DNA of 64,000 nucleotides from Tubulanus polymorphus (lineage: Eukaryota; Animalia; Nemertea): contig NC_134029.1 in the NCBI RefSeq assembly GCF_964204645.1, forward strand, positions 24,174,950 through 24,238,949. Reading direction: 5' to 3'. Position 1 is the stretch's first letter, and every line of letters starts with the position of its first letter. The position numbers were made by a program, and so were the translations under genes. The notes beneath the pieces are model-generated. The model did not search any database. It saw nothing but the letters and a program-made list of their open reading frames with translations, and was not told where the DNA came from. Below, piece by piece: positions 25,484 to 39,000 of the stretch.

Positions 25484-28400
25484 ATGGGTCTCTGTAAGAA
25501 GAAGTCGGGTGAAATGGAAGTAACCGATAAGAAAGATGACGCTGTTCGATTGAAGAAAGAAATCGGTTTAATCCACGGAATCAGTATTATAATTGGAGTA
25601 ATCGTCGGATCAGGAATCTTTGTTTCTCCGGTCGGAGTTTTAAAGAACACCGGATCGGTTGGAGTAGCGATGGTTTTATGGGTCGTATGCGGTTTATTTA
25701 GCGTTTTAGGAGCTGTTTGTTACGCGGAACTCGGGACGACGATCCCACGTTCAGGCGGCGAGTATATCTACATCCTGAAGGCGTTCGGGCCGCTGCCCGC
25801 ATTTTTATGTTTATGGATTAATTTTATTTGTATCGGCGCCGTCAGTAACGCCGCTAATTCTCTCATATTCGCGACGTACGTTTTAAAACCGATGTTTCCG
25901 ATGTGCGAACCTCCCGAAATCGCTTTACAACTCATCGGAGCTGTTGCCATCAGTAAGTTCAACTTACCAGTATCTTTTTATCTTCAGTTTTGTCAGAATT
26001 AAGTTTCCTATAATCAATATTAGATAGACAAAATGTATTCAGCTACGAGAAGGATCGTTGTCAATTTTACTGGTCGATATGAAATTGTTTTTAATTGATG
26101 GTGCACAGGATTTTTCTCGAGAGCATGCAGTACAATGACATTCTACGATCAATCTAGAATTTGCGACTGATAAGTCGTCACATTACTGAAGTCATCTCTG
26201 TTTGAGTCCCAATTTTATCAATATGGACTTAGTATGCTTAAATGAATTGATTTAGTTTATGTTAGTGTTTAGTAACCGGATTGTTTATCGTTATTATTTT
26301 CAGCGTTTTTGACCGCAGTCAATTGTTTCAATGTGAAATGGGCTGCAAAAGTCGCAGTACAATGACATTCTACGATCAATCTAGAATTTGCGACTGATAA
26401 GTCGTCACATTACTGAAGTCATCTCTGTTTGAGTCCCAATTTTATCAATATGGACTTAGTATGCTTAAATGAATTGATTTAGTTTATGTTAGTGTTTAGT
26501 AACCGGATTGTTTATCGTTATTATTTTCAGCGTTTTTGACCGCAGTCAATTGTTTCAATGTGAAATGGGCTGCAAAAGTCGCAGTAGTTTTCACGGCATC
26601 GAAACTCATAGCTTTATTTACTGTAATCATCACCGGATTCGTGTATTTAGCTAAAGGTATCTATTGAAGCATCTTCCTCGGCAATTTGTAATGTATTTAT
26701 CTATGTGTGAGAACGTGTTAGCAGAGATAACTGATAACCACGATAACATGGATAATGCATACCCGTCGTTTTTGCAGGTAACACGGAATACTTACAAAAT
26801 ACATTTGAAGGCAGTTCATCCTCGGTTGGTGCTTACGCACTTGCATTTTATTCCGGATTTTGGGCTTTCGCCGGCTGGTAGGTTTCTCTAAAGACCCGGC
26901 TTCGAAGTTGTCGGTTTAATTTGAAATAAATTCATCTTTGATCTTAATGTAGATCTTTTGGCTTTGGATTCTTACAATATTTTAGTCGATAAACTATTAA
27001 GAGCCCTTGAAAATTATCGGTACTCGTTTCCTATCAGTTTGAACTTGATAAGTATGTTTTTGTTTCTTTTCAGGAACTACTTGAATTTTCTCGTAGATGA
27101 ACTGATAAACCCGAGGAAGTATGTATTATGTTTATATCATTGTATTCATTCTCTAAATAGAATGTTTATTGACCTAAGAAAGTGTTGAATTACCCTTTGT
27201 TAATAGTCTCCCAGCAAGAGAAGGAGAAAGAGAGGGTGAACTATTAGAAATTAAACGCAGTTGTTCCTGGCCAAATTTAGCTTGGTCAAAAATGCTTGTG
27301 TGATTGCGGCAATAGTTATTAGACCTCTCTCTCTCTCTCTCCCATCACGCTACTGTATAAACCGGTAAAACACAGACACGACTTATAAATGGCTATTTTA
27401 CGTGCTCAGTAGTCTATAGTCTGTAACTCGGGTGCCAGGTGGTGGTGACAGATTTTTTCCCATTCATTTAATGGTTTCGGTCGTTTATCGGAGCACTCAG
27501 TAACGACACAGGCACACATTCAGTCAACGCTGTCTGGTATTTTATTGATCAGTTCATCGCCTCACTGACCCTGAAATTAATCTACGTATTCCACGGGTGT
27601 TCACTACTCTCTCTCCATGGGGAAAATTGACATCAATTACTTGATGAACTTTGATATCAGGATTAATTCAGTCTGTGCTATTCAACAGTTTATCTACACT
27701 GACAATTCGGTAGTCTGCACTTGCAAATGAGCTAGATTATCACGTGTTCCACATGACAACATTTCTAAACATGTTTAAACATCTATATAACATTATGACG
27801 GCTGCGCTCTCCAACTGTCCCTGAATTTACCTCGTGCTGCCTTGCGGGGAAAATCCTGTTTCATAAATATCACATTGTAGTTATCTATTTAATGGTGATT
27901 TCCATAGCTTTGTAAACATAATGAATCAGTTGTTTATTTACTCATCAATTCACTTTTATTAATTATAGTTTGATAAGTGAAAGTGTCTTATTTATAACGT
28001 TTTGTTCATCTTGATGAACTCCTCTTTTGAGCTCTGAAAATAGTAAATTTATATTATTTGGAATGAAATAACGGGAAATGTTATGATCCAATAAAGATAT
28101 TTCATGGTTGTCATAAATGGTTTTATTGCGTAAATACTTAACTCGCTATTCTGATAGTCCGCGCTTTCAAAGAATATTTTAGGGTTCATTTCGGTGTGAA
28201 ATAAACTTAAGTACGTGTGATCAAACGTGTTACCAGTCGCCACAAAAGTAACCAATAGCAAGTTAATCGAACATTTGAGTTACAAAAAATACATGAAACT
28301 GCCCCCAGTAATAAGACAAATCTATGAAGGTACCGTAAATTGAATATTGAATGCATTGTTTCGAGTGTATTTGTAGCAATCTATCATTAACTACGTATAA

Positions 28401-31400
28401 TCATCAGAAACCAAAATAACCAGTAAACCAAAAATATTTGAGTTACTTTTTCATAAAACTCGAACCCAGTCAAAGAACTGTATCATAGAAAGTTAATTCA
28501 ATATTGTTTTGTGTGTTCTTTTTGTAGGAATCTACCATTAGCTATAATCATCTCATTAGCTATTGTAACGGTCACGTATATATTGGCGAACATTTGTTAT
28601 TTAACCGTTTTATCACCGGATGAGATGTTAGAATCAAGCGCCGTAGCAGTCGTAAGTAAAACATTGAAACATCCTTTAACATCCCCTTCACGATCATACA
28701 CGACTCATCTGAAGAGTAGCTACCGGTACTTATTCTTACTCAATACTGGCCACTTCGGTTGTACCTACTGCTCAAGTGGTGAAGAATGTAATTCAATTTT
28801 ATTTGGAAAAGCCTTCTATTTTCCTGAAACATATCGTATCATTCTTGCAATCTTCATACAAAGTTGCCTGATTGTTCTGCTTTGTGCTAGATATTGCCAA
28901 CCGAAGCAATATCTCAAAGTCTGGTAATATTACGTAGCGTTGGTTGAGCTAAGCAACTCTTAGGCTCGTGATATTGTTTGTCGAGATGAAGTCATATTTA
29001 ATAGAGTTTAAATTGTTTTCTAGTTATTTGCCGATCGTACTCTAGGTGTGATGGCGTGGATTATGCCGTTGTTCGTCGCTGCGTCTGTTTTCGGAACAAT
29101 GAACAGCGAAATGCTGTCAATGTCAAGGTTAGTTTAATGTCTCACTCCTGCAAGCTTTGAAAAAACTGAGAACTCTTTGTTCAGTAGTAGAATTAGTACA
29201 ACTTTGTGGCTTTAATTGATAAACTATTTGTGATTATTTTATAGAGTATTCTTCACCGGTGCAGAAGAAGGACATCTTCCAGTATTTCTGGCTATGATCA
29301 ACTACAAATGGCTGACACCGGCTCCCTCTATTATTGTTTTGGTGAGTACGTTCGCTCGGCGGTCCGAAATTCCTTCGCTTTAATGATGATGAAAATTGTT
29401 TAAAGATATGAAATGTATTTTAGAAGTTTCCCGGTAAAGAGAGGAATCCTGGGTCTCAGAGGGGTGGTGCAGGGGGCGAAGATTTGTTTATGCGGTTCAG
29501 TTAATTGTTTATATTGATTTGATGCTTTGTGTTACAGATGGCTATGACTCTATGTTTTCTAGCGAGTAATGATATATTTTATCTGATTGAGATGTCAGGC
29601 TTCGCGTTTGCGATATTGATGTGCGCGGCTATCGGTGTATTGCTGTTCTTACGATACAAACAGCCAAACATGCCTCGACCGATCAGGGTAAAACCAATCA
29701 CATCCTCGTTTAGCAGCGATCGTCTGAATATTCTTTATCAATCGTCGACTTCAAAACATTTGAAATATTTTGAAGTCAGATGATTCGGGTTAACCAAGTT
29801 AATTGGTAGTGCGACATTGGTTGAAGTCATTCCATTAATTGATTCTGATTGATTATTAGGTATATACAACTCCCCTGCAGTAAGACATTGATAAATTTGT
29901 CTGAGTGATATCAGAGTTTGATGTATTCTATTGAGTTAAACAGTTATCTCTGATTTAAATAGTTATCTCTGAGTTAAACAGTTATCTCTACATTAAAAGG
30001 TTATCTCTGAGTTAAACGGTTATCTCTGAGTTGATTAGATCCTACTGTTTTACCTCTGATTGTTCCCTGTAATGACTGGTGAATCAGTTTTGTGAATGTT
30101 TTTAAGCCAATGTTGCCACTTAGTGGTGGTTCTTCAATCATTTATTTCATGTATCGGTAATTGAAAATCTTTGCTTGCGGTAACAATGAATGTATTTCGG
30201 TTAAAGGTAATATTCACTATTTCAATTGAAACTCCAGTAGAAGATGTCCTCGGATCATTCCAAACTTAGCTGTCAATGATACCTCCTCAAAACTATCAAT
30301 AATTCATAAACCGCACTATTCAATGGGAACTCATTCTATTGAGGTGATGATGATTATGGTTTATACTGTGGTTTGTGCTTTGTAGAAATTTCCTAGTTGA
30401 AATTGAGTGGTAAGTGCTGGAAGTGGCTTCTCCAGTCAGCTAATCAACGGTGTCACCTTCCTCTCGAGACTAGCCTCCTGTCCAGTGACCACCCCAGACG
30501 GGTTTCCTGCCCCGTGGCCTCCCATTATAAACATATTTCTTAAACCCTTTTCTGTCACTTCTCTCTCATTTCAGATGATTTTCACTATTGCATTTATGAT
30601 GTCAAAGGATATTTTCTACCTAATAGAATTGACTGGTTTTACATACGCTATCCTCATCTGTTCATCAGTAGCAGTTTTAATATATCTTAGATACAAACAA
30701 CCCGAACTTACACGTCCTATTAAGGTAGTTTGAGACGCTCTGAGTTGAGAACTCAGGCATTGTGTGCTGTGTGACTTGAGTGTCGTTCATTCATAAGCTT
30801 CTTAACTAACCAACATTAAACAATGCATTAATTTCCGTTTCACTAAAAGTTTGTAATATATATTTTTGTCATTTAGTTTGTCTTTTGTTCCACTAATAAC
30901 TCAGTTGTCATTCCACTAATAAGTCTGTTTTAAACGAAATAGGTATTATTAACCTCCATCAAAATATATATCTCGCTGACCAGTGATACCACAGGACTCA
31001 GTTCAACAAGTTTTTCTCGTTTGAATTATGAGATCATCATGCATTACCAGTGCCTGGTAACAGTCATAGTTAACTACAGAACTGTTGAACAGGGTGCTGT
31101 CACCTAAAACGCTGTTACTTGTAACCTTGTTACATCTGTCATTAATTCAGAATTATCCCATTAATAATTATCTTTTTATCTTCTATAGACAAAAGATAAT
31201 GATGACTAGAGCCAGTTATCAATCTGTATTACCAGAACTACTGAGGTCAACACATATCTATATAGCCATTCATATTACACACAGTTCTACATATTAGGTA
31301 GAAGATAATCTTCTGATTCACATCAGATTCTGTCAGTTCTATTTTTTGTCAGGCGACATAGTGGTATTAGAACACTTTGATGAGATGTAACAGCTTGTGT

Positions 31401-32814
31401 AGTCTATACTGAGTATAGTAGTACTATGATAATATACAATGAACTTATGAACTCGGACGCATCTGTTCTCATCTACTTTTCACCGAGATGTCTGTTTCTA
31501 TCTGTCTGTTTCTATCTGTCTAGAATAGACCACCACAATCTAGAAATGACAGAAATTTAAGAAATCATTCCAACCTTCACAAAAGGCTATCAGTAGTTCA
31601 TTTACATTTATCTTAAGAGATTCCAAAGAACTAATAACTAGACTAAGTCATCGTGTAAATAGACTGGTTATAATTTATCAAACTTCTTGCACTTTTGTCT
31701 CCTCCTTATTTTTAATTCACGCATGCTTTTTGTTATTTAATCTTTTTCTATCCCGTAGTGAGTTATTTCAGTGAGACTTTTATTATTCATTGATACAGGT
31801 TGAATTTACTGTTCTTTTCCCTATTTATTACTACACTCTAAACATATTATCTTATTATCATTTATTTGATGATTTAAACTCGATCTAATATTTATCTTGA
31901 AATTGTAATAAGATGAATTTGTATCAGTAAGTATTGTGTTTACAAATCAGGAGCTAGTTCCATTCTGTGAGTTCAAATTTGTTCATTTTCTTCACCACCT
32001 TGCTGAGTCCCAATCACTCAGAACTGTGGAACTGGAATCCTGTGCTGTTGTTAATTTATAACCTCGAATTTGATTAATAAACTATTGTGAATCATTTGTT
32101 GAATTTTCAACCATTGGTTAATGAATAGTAGTTTGATAGTGTTCTGATTTTGTATTTTAGCTGCCAATTGGTATTCCGATATTTCTGTTCTTCTGGACGT
32201 TGTTTATCGTGGTATTGACGATCTACCAGCAACCGATGGAGTCTCTCATATCGATCTGTATATTCCTATCTGGAATACCAGTCTACTGGTTCGGTGTTAG
32301 CTGGGAAAAGAAACCTAAGGCTTTTCAAAACTTTATAGGTAAATTGAATGTTTTTGACACATTGCTTGTGATGTGATAAGTAGAGTCTTTGATTATCACT
32401 GTGGGCCAGTTGCACAGTCGTGACTTAAGTCCAAAAGTGGTCTTAAATGTTGAGACTGGTCTTAAGTTGTTAGATTGACTATATAACTAAGTTAGTCTTA
32501 GATTGGTCTTAAGTCTAAGTCATGACTATGCAACCGGCCCCTGGTGATAAAATTCAAGAAATCTTCCTACTTAATTCATGCAATGATGACCCATTGCCTC
32601 GCTCTGATTGCACCAGAATTTGATAGCCGCTTTTGCAGAATATGTTTTTGGTCTCTATGAGATCAGAGGCAAGTGAAGATTCTACTGAGTGGAAATTTTA
32701 TTAACTTTTGTTTCTACAGATTGTTGGACACAGCGCCTACAAAAACTGTTTATGGTCATACCGCAGGAACCAGCGTCAATCACGGAATCTAACCCCGAGC
32801 CACTGCTCGAGTGA
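25484..32814 (+). CDS. SLC7 L-type amino acid transporter light chain (LAT/y+LAT/xCT-like) with alternative exon 8a/8b
   Basis: Exons 25484-25952, 26531-26656, 26778-26877, 27074-27118, 28528-28651, 29024-29127, 29245-29341, [29538-29687 or 30575-30724], 32161-32338, 32720-32814. Motifs IVGSGIFVSP, CYAELGTTIPRSGGEY, FPMCEPP (heavy-chain Cys), FAGWNYLNF, NPRKNLP, RPIK. Confidence 0.95.
26127..26586 (+). repeat. 227-bp tandem duplication spanning the SLC7 intron/coding-exon-2 junction
   Basis: 26127-26353 repeated at 26354-26580; GCAGTA at 26127, 26354 and 26581. Confidence 0.93.
32403..32540. mobile_element. MITE-like palindrome
   Basis: gggccagttgcacagtcgtgacttaag...cttaagtctaagtcatgactatgcaaccggccc. 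Confidence 0.65.
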
Positions 32815-34582
32815 ATACTCAACAAGTAGAATTCTGACCCCTAGAATACCGAGGGGTTGGATTTAAGACACTTTGAGCGAGTACGCGTGAGAATACCGCA
32901 TTGTTGAACAGCATGAGTTTCGATAACATAAAATATTATTCAGACGTCTCATTTCAATAATTCAAATATTTGGATAATTCTGATTAAAATTATTAATTAT
33001 TCATGATGTTTAGATATGAAATATTCGAATATCATGTTAATTCGTGAAGTTAATCTTAATAATTCAATGATATTCAACAATTTGAATATTTGAAATCAAG
33101 ATGGATAACATGTGTTAAGGTTTATACCTCTTTTTATGTTTATTGTAGTGATTTAACATATAGCAGCTCATGAATATTTCTGGCAAACCGTGCAGATTTA
33201 TGGTAACCGCCATTTTGCTTTAAATATACACGATATCTTAAAGAATGTGAATTATCTGTGAATATTTTAGCGGTTGTTAAGTTTGAATCAGTAAAACTGC
33301 CTTGAACTCACTATTTCTTTAGTACATTACGTACAGTTTTGTTTACAAAATGTAATATTCTTATACCTACAATGCAGAGTTTGATTTCTGCTTTGAGGTT
33401 CAATTGGTTGCGGCTCATTAAACAATCATTTTACAAAATGACTATTTAACTACGGGAAATAGAAGAATTTTATTTAGAGACAGTGTTTTTGAAATGTTTT
33501 GGGAATCGGAATATGATTAAGGTGTTTGTTATTTCCTTTTCTGCTTGCTCATCTACAGTGTACAGTTGTACATTGTATTTAACATTGGCTTGAATAATAC
33601 CTTTGTATAATATAGTATAAACAGTATTTTATATAAATTTCATCCAGTAATAATCAGGTTTTGTCGCTAATCTGTTGTTTGGAAAATGTGCAAAGCTTTA
33701 TTTTTTCATAAAAATCCCAATTCGGTTATAAACCACTGTACAGTTCAAATCAGGCATAATTATCTCTGCTCGGCAAAAGAATTAGTAACTCAAATTACAT
33801 GTTTGTACATTAGTATACATATGAATATCCTAATGAATAACCTTAGTTTCTCGTTAAACAAATACTGAAAAAGGTTCACAAAAGCGAAGGCATAAATGAC
33901 AAATGTATCGTACATTGCAATCAGTATTCTGTAAGTTATATTTATGTATTATGTACCGGTAACTATTTCACATATTTACGTTAAAAGAGCCTCGAAAAGA
34001 CACTTATCTGTACTTTGATTGATTGTCAAACTTGCTTAAGTCTTCACATTATTTTTTAGACCCGATTTGTATTTTTCAATTCTATTTACTCAGTGTAATT
34101 CATTGACGTAATGATCACGTATGATATATGATGACTTGATCGTGTTTGACAGTGTGCCAATTTCTGAGAGGTTGTTTACTATCATAAATGATGTACAACC
34201 CATAAAATGATTTTGTAATGTTTGGATGTTTCTATTAAGGGATGTGTTAGAATGCGGTGAATTGGAAATTTGAATGAAAAGAACTCGAATGGTTTTCGTT
34301 TAACTCTTTGCTTTCAAGTTGAATTCCACGAAACTCGGACACAAATGTAGAAAACATTGCAACTCTCGAATTATCACCCATAAAATTTGAACAATAATAA
34401 TTGATCCCAATTGAGTTATTAGGAGTCTCTTTTAACCCTTGATCCCGATAAGAAAGTTATTACATATAAAATTTTTGATTTGATTTGTTTTGTTTTGGTT
34501 TGTTTTAGTGTTAATCCATGTGTTGTATAGATTGGCAGCATATCAGTTGCCTTCCCAACTGACCAACATCGAGGTATATATC

Positions 34583-34585
<3 letters not shown>

Positions 34586-34624
<39 letters not shown>
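34586..34624. repeat. (TA)n microsatellite
   Basis: About 19 TA units; a shorter one lies at ~7530-7550. Confidence 0.95.
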
Positions 34625-34627
<3 letters not shown>

Positions 34628-36067
34628 GTAAAGGTTTCTTTAATGATTTGTACATTTAACGAAATATGTTTTAGTGTGTTGTGAGATAACAAACAAGTTT
34701 GACTTGATCTGGAGTGTAGTATAGTATATATTGTACATGTATTAAAAGTACAGGCATTGTAAATTTTTAGGCATATTTTCTGTATTTCAGTGAATATTGC
34801 AGTCGATTGTAATGAAAAGTTGCCCTGTCAGAATCATGTTATTCTGTAGAATACCGAGAATGATTAAAAGTATTTTAAGATACGCATTTGCTACATTGAC
34901 TACTTTTCAGAAATCGGTTTATTTTCTCAAATGTCTTACACGAATTTTCTTTCAATTTTAAAACTATGTATATTATATGAATTTGAAAAATAAATTGGGA
35001 AATAATTTTCTTAGGTTTTTGTGGTCTTTAGATTTTTCATCTTACCAGTGATTTTTGATTTGCAGCATGTACGGTGTTTGTTAGAATAACACTGTTCATG
35101 TGTGAGATTTTTGACTTACCCCAACATTGAGCTATTCATCTCACAAAAACGCCTACAGACTCTACCAAAATTGTTTTCGCACAGATTTGCGCAATGAGAG
35201 TGTTCCAATTTCCAGTAGGAATAAAATTTATGACACCGGCTCGATCGGAATTTCCAGTGATTAACTGTTTCAGTCCGAGTAGTCGTCCACTTTTAAATCC
35301 TTGTTTTTACTTGCAGTGAGTCGTCCATAATTTAGAACAAAATTTCAATTGAATTTGGATTTCGGTAAATAGTGTTATTTTACTCACTTGCCGCATAGAT
35401 TCGGAGTCGTGTTGACAACGCTTTGAAAGCAACAAGAAGAGAGAAAATGATGACAATAACGACGATTAACTAAACTCAAATTGTGTGAGGATATTTTGTG
35501 AGTAGTAGTTTAGGTGTTTGAATCGTTCAACTTACAATGAAACATTCAAAACTCTTATTAACAATCTCCTGAAACTGACAGTTGACGGTTTGGGTGAGAG
35601 GGAGGGAGGACGTGAGGGGTGCTGCATGCAAACATTCCATCCGCCTCAGTTCTGGCCGTATTCTTTTAATCAAATTATTCAACAACCGTATCTTGGGTTG
35701 ATTCTGTAAGCTGCTTTGTGGTAATCACAATATGGAGTCCTGGGGCCAGGTTGGGATTGTGGAGGTGGTGTTCTCGCATGGACTGAAAAAAAATTTAGAA
35801 TCAGCCGGCATTCTTTCTTTATATCTCGGACATGGTGGATGCACTCACTACTTTATTATTATTGTTTTAGTAACCCCCAATTCAGTAAAATTCCTTTTGA
35901 GTGAGTGTATAATTATCATCCGTTAATCAAGCCTTAAAGTAACTGGCACTGGGTAACCCTGTAAGAGCAGACCGACCACAGACCACGGCTCTATCTCGAT
36001 ATCCCGCTATATTTCAGGTGATATTGTATAATTGTAACTATGAAGCTGATGAGATGATGAAAGTGGA

Positions 36068-39000
36068 ATGAATAAATATCAGGTTTTAGGAATAGTTGGA
36101 GAGGGTGAGTGGTTTGTCTGGTATTATCTGTCTGTCTATCTGTCTGACCCGTATTTAAAACAATTTGTTTTATTTTAGGGGCCTATGGTGTTGTATTGAG
36201 ATGTCGATTAAAGGTAAGCATTAGATACCACAGGGGCTTGTATCAGAGTTGTAGGTAATGTAAAAACAATAGGTAATCTGTTTATCCAATGTCTATATAG
36301 AATAACATATAGACATTGGATTAACAGATAACCTATTGTTTTTACATTACCTACAACTCTGATACAAGCCCCTGTGTCAAATACCGGACAATCTACGCTA
36401 GAAATTGTTTATTCAAGTAGGTCGTGCTAGGCCAACATTGTCACCTATTTAGCCTAGGCTTGTTGGATCTTATGTAAAATGGTTGTTAAATATTATTTCA
36501 GGAAAGTGGAGCTATGGTCGCTATAAAGAAATTTAAAGATAGTGAAGGTCAGTTTGTGGTTTAGTAAACAAACTATTCAACTATTCAAACATTGTCTATT
36601 TCGAAATGTCAATATTTACAAGTATGTAATATATTGAAACTGAGCACAATTGAATAAACAATAGTTTTACATGAAAGGCTTTTGATAGACACAGACATCA
36701 CACCTGCCTATAAGCTGTCTGATTCATGCTTATAGGCTGTCTGATTCCTGCCTAAAGGCTGTCTGATTCATGCCAATCAGCTCTCTGATTCCTGCCTATA
36801 AGCTCTGATTCCTTCCTATCAGCTGTCTGATTCCTTCTTATAAGCTCTCTGATTCCTGCCTATCAGCTGTCTGATTCCAGCATATAAGCTGTCTCTGTCT
36901 GATTCCTGCATAAAAGCACTCTGATTCCTTCTTATAGGCTGTCTGATTGCTGCCTATCAGCTCTCTCATTGCTGTCTATCAGCAGCTGTCTGATTTACTG
37001 TAGTTAGACGTGATGTATGTGGTTTGTTGTTTGTAGAGAACGATGATGTGCGTCGTACAACTTTACGCGAGTTAAAAATGTTACGTTCGTTGAAACAAGA
37101 AAATATCGTAGAATTGAAAGAAGCATTTCGTCGTAGAGGAAAACTCTATTTAGTCTTCGAATATATCGAAAAGGTAAATGAGAAAATCACCGTTTAAAAG
37201 CTACCTTGAAAAGAGCAGCGAAGAATTCACAAGACCCGTTTCCACGCTTCTGAGTTTAAGTTTTACTCAGAGTTAACTCTAACTCTAACTCACAATTGTA
37301 GAACTCGGTCCTGGAGATTTAACTCAAAATAAAGATAACTTGATTAGTTCACAGACAATTAATTAATTACTCCGTCGAGTCAAATCTAAACTCACAGCTG
37401 TGGAACTGGATCCTGAGTTCAGAGTTAACTCTAACCTCACAACTGTGGAACTGGAACCTGAGTTCACAGTTAACTCTAACTCACAACTGTGAAACTGGAC
37501 CCTGAGTTCACAGTTAACTCTAAATGACAACTGTGAAACTGGATCATGAGTTCACAGTTAACTCTAACTCACAATTGTGGAACTGGATCATGAGTTCACA
37601 GTTAACTCTAACTCACAACTGTGGAACTGGATCCTGAGTTCACAGTTAACTCTAAATGACAACTGTGAAACTGGATCATGAGTTCACAGTTAACTCTAAC
37701 TCACAATTGTGGAACTGGATCCTGAGTTCAGAGTTAACTCTAAATGACAACTGTGGAACTGGATCCTGAGTTCAGAGTTAACTCTAAATGACAACTGTGG
37801 ATTTGGATCCTGAGTTCAGAGTTAACTCTAAATGACAACTGTGGAACTGGATCCTGAGTTCAGAGTTAACTCTGACAACTGTGGAACTGGATCCTGAGTT
37901 CAAAGTTAACTCTAAATGAAAACTGTGGAACTGGATGTTTACACGTATTAAAGCTGTATTGTTTGATATGTATAGAATATGTTAGAAGTATTGGAAGAAG
38001 CTCCTAATGGTGTCGCTGTAGATACAGTACGTAGTTATATTTATCAACTATGCAACGCTATTCACTGGTGTCACAGTAATGAAATTATTCACAGAGGTAA
38101 TTATTATTACTCATATTCTAACTCGAATCTTTCATTAAAAACTGTCTCTCATTATTTTGTGTGTTTCTATCTTTAGATATCAAACCTGAAAATCTACTCA
38201 TCAGTAAAGAAGGAGTTTTGAAACTATGCGATTTTGGTAAGTGTGACACGGTATTTCGTCACTATCACTGCGCACTGCTGCATGATTCATACAAATGAAT
38301 TTATTTTGAACAGGTTTTGCTCGGAATTTAACGACTCCAGGAAGTGCTAATTACACTGATTATGTCGCAACGCGGTGGTACAGAGCTCCGGAATTATTGT
38401 TAGGGTAAGTGTTCAAATGGATACAAGTGTAGTAATCCTTACCTAACTCAGACAAACTGAGACAATTAAGATTGGTCTGAGGTATGCAAAGTCAGTGTCT
38501 GTTTCTCTGAGTTTAAGAAAGAAATCATAAAAATGATTCATTGTTGTCTGTGTTGGCTGTGTCTTGAGTAGGGCAAAGTTTACTGTACAAACTGTGTTAA
38601 GATATTTAGTTATATTAAACTCATTATATATTGATAATAGAGCTCGTTACGGGAAAGCAGTGGATGTCTGGTCTATAGGATGTATCCTAGGTGAATTAAG
38701 TGACGGTCAACCTTTGTTTCCCGGAGAGAGTGAAATAGATCAGTTGTACATCATTCAGAAGATTATCGGTCCCCTTCCTTCTCGCCAGATGGAGCTGTTT
38801 TACAATAATCCGCGATTCTCTGGACTTCGAGTGAGTAACAAACAAATCAATCTTATTTGAATATTTTCAATATTTGAAAATATTGCCACAGTTGAACATT
38901 AGTCATGGCTTTTAACTCAGATACATGTTGGTTAAAAATAACCAGCGGATAAATGTAACCATACTAACAATCACATTTTAATTGCCAACTATCCAATGGT

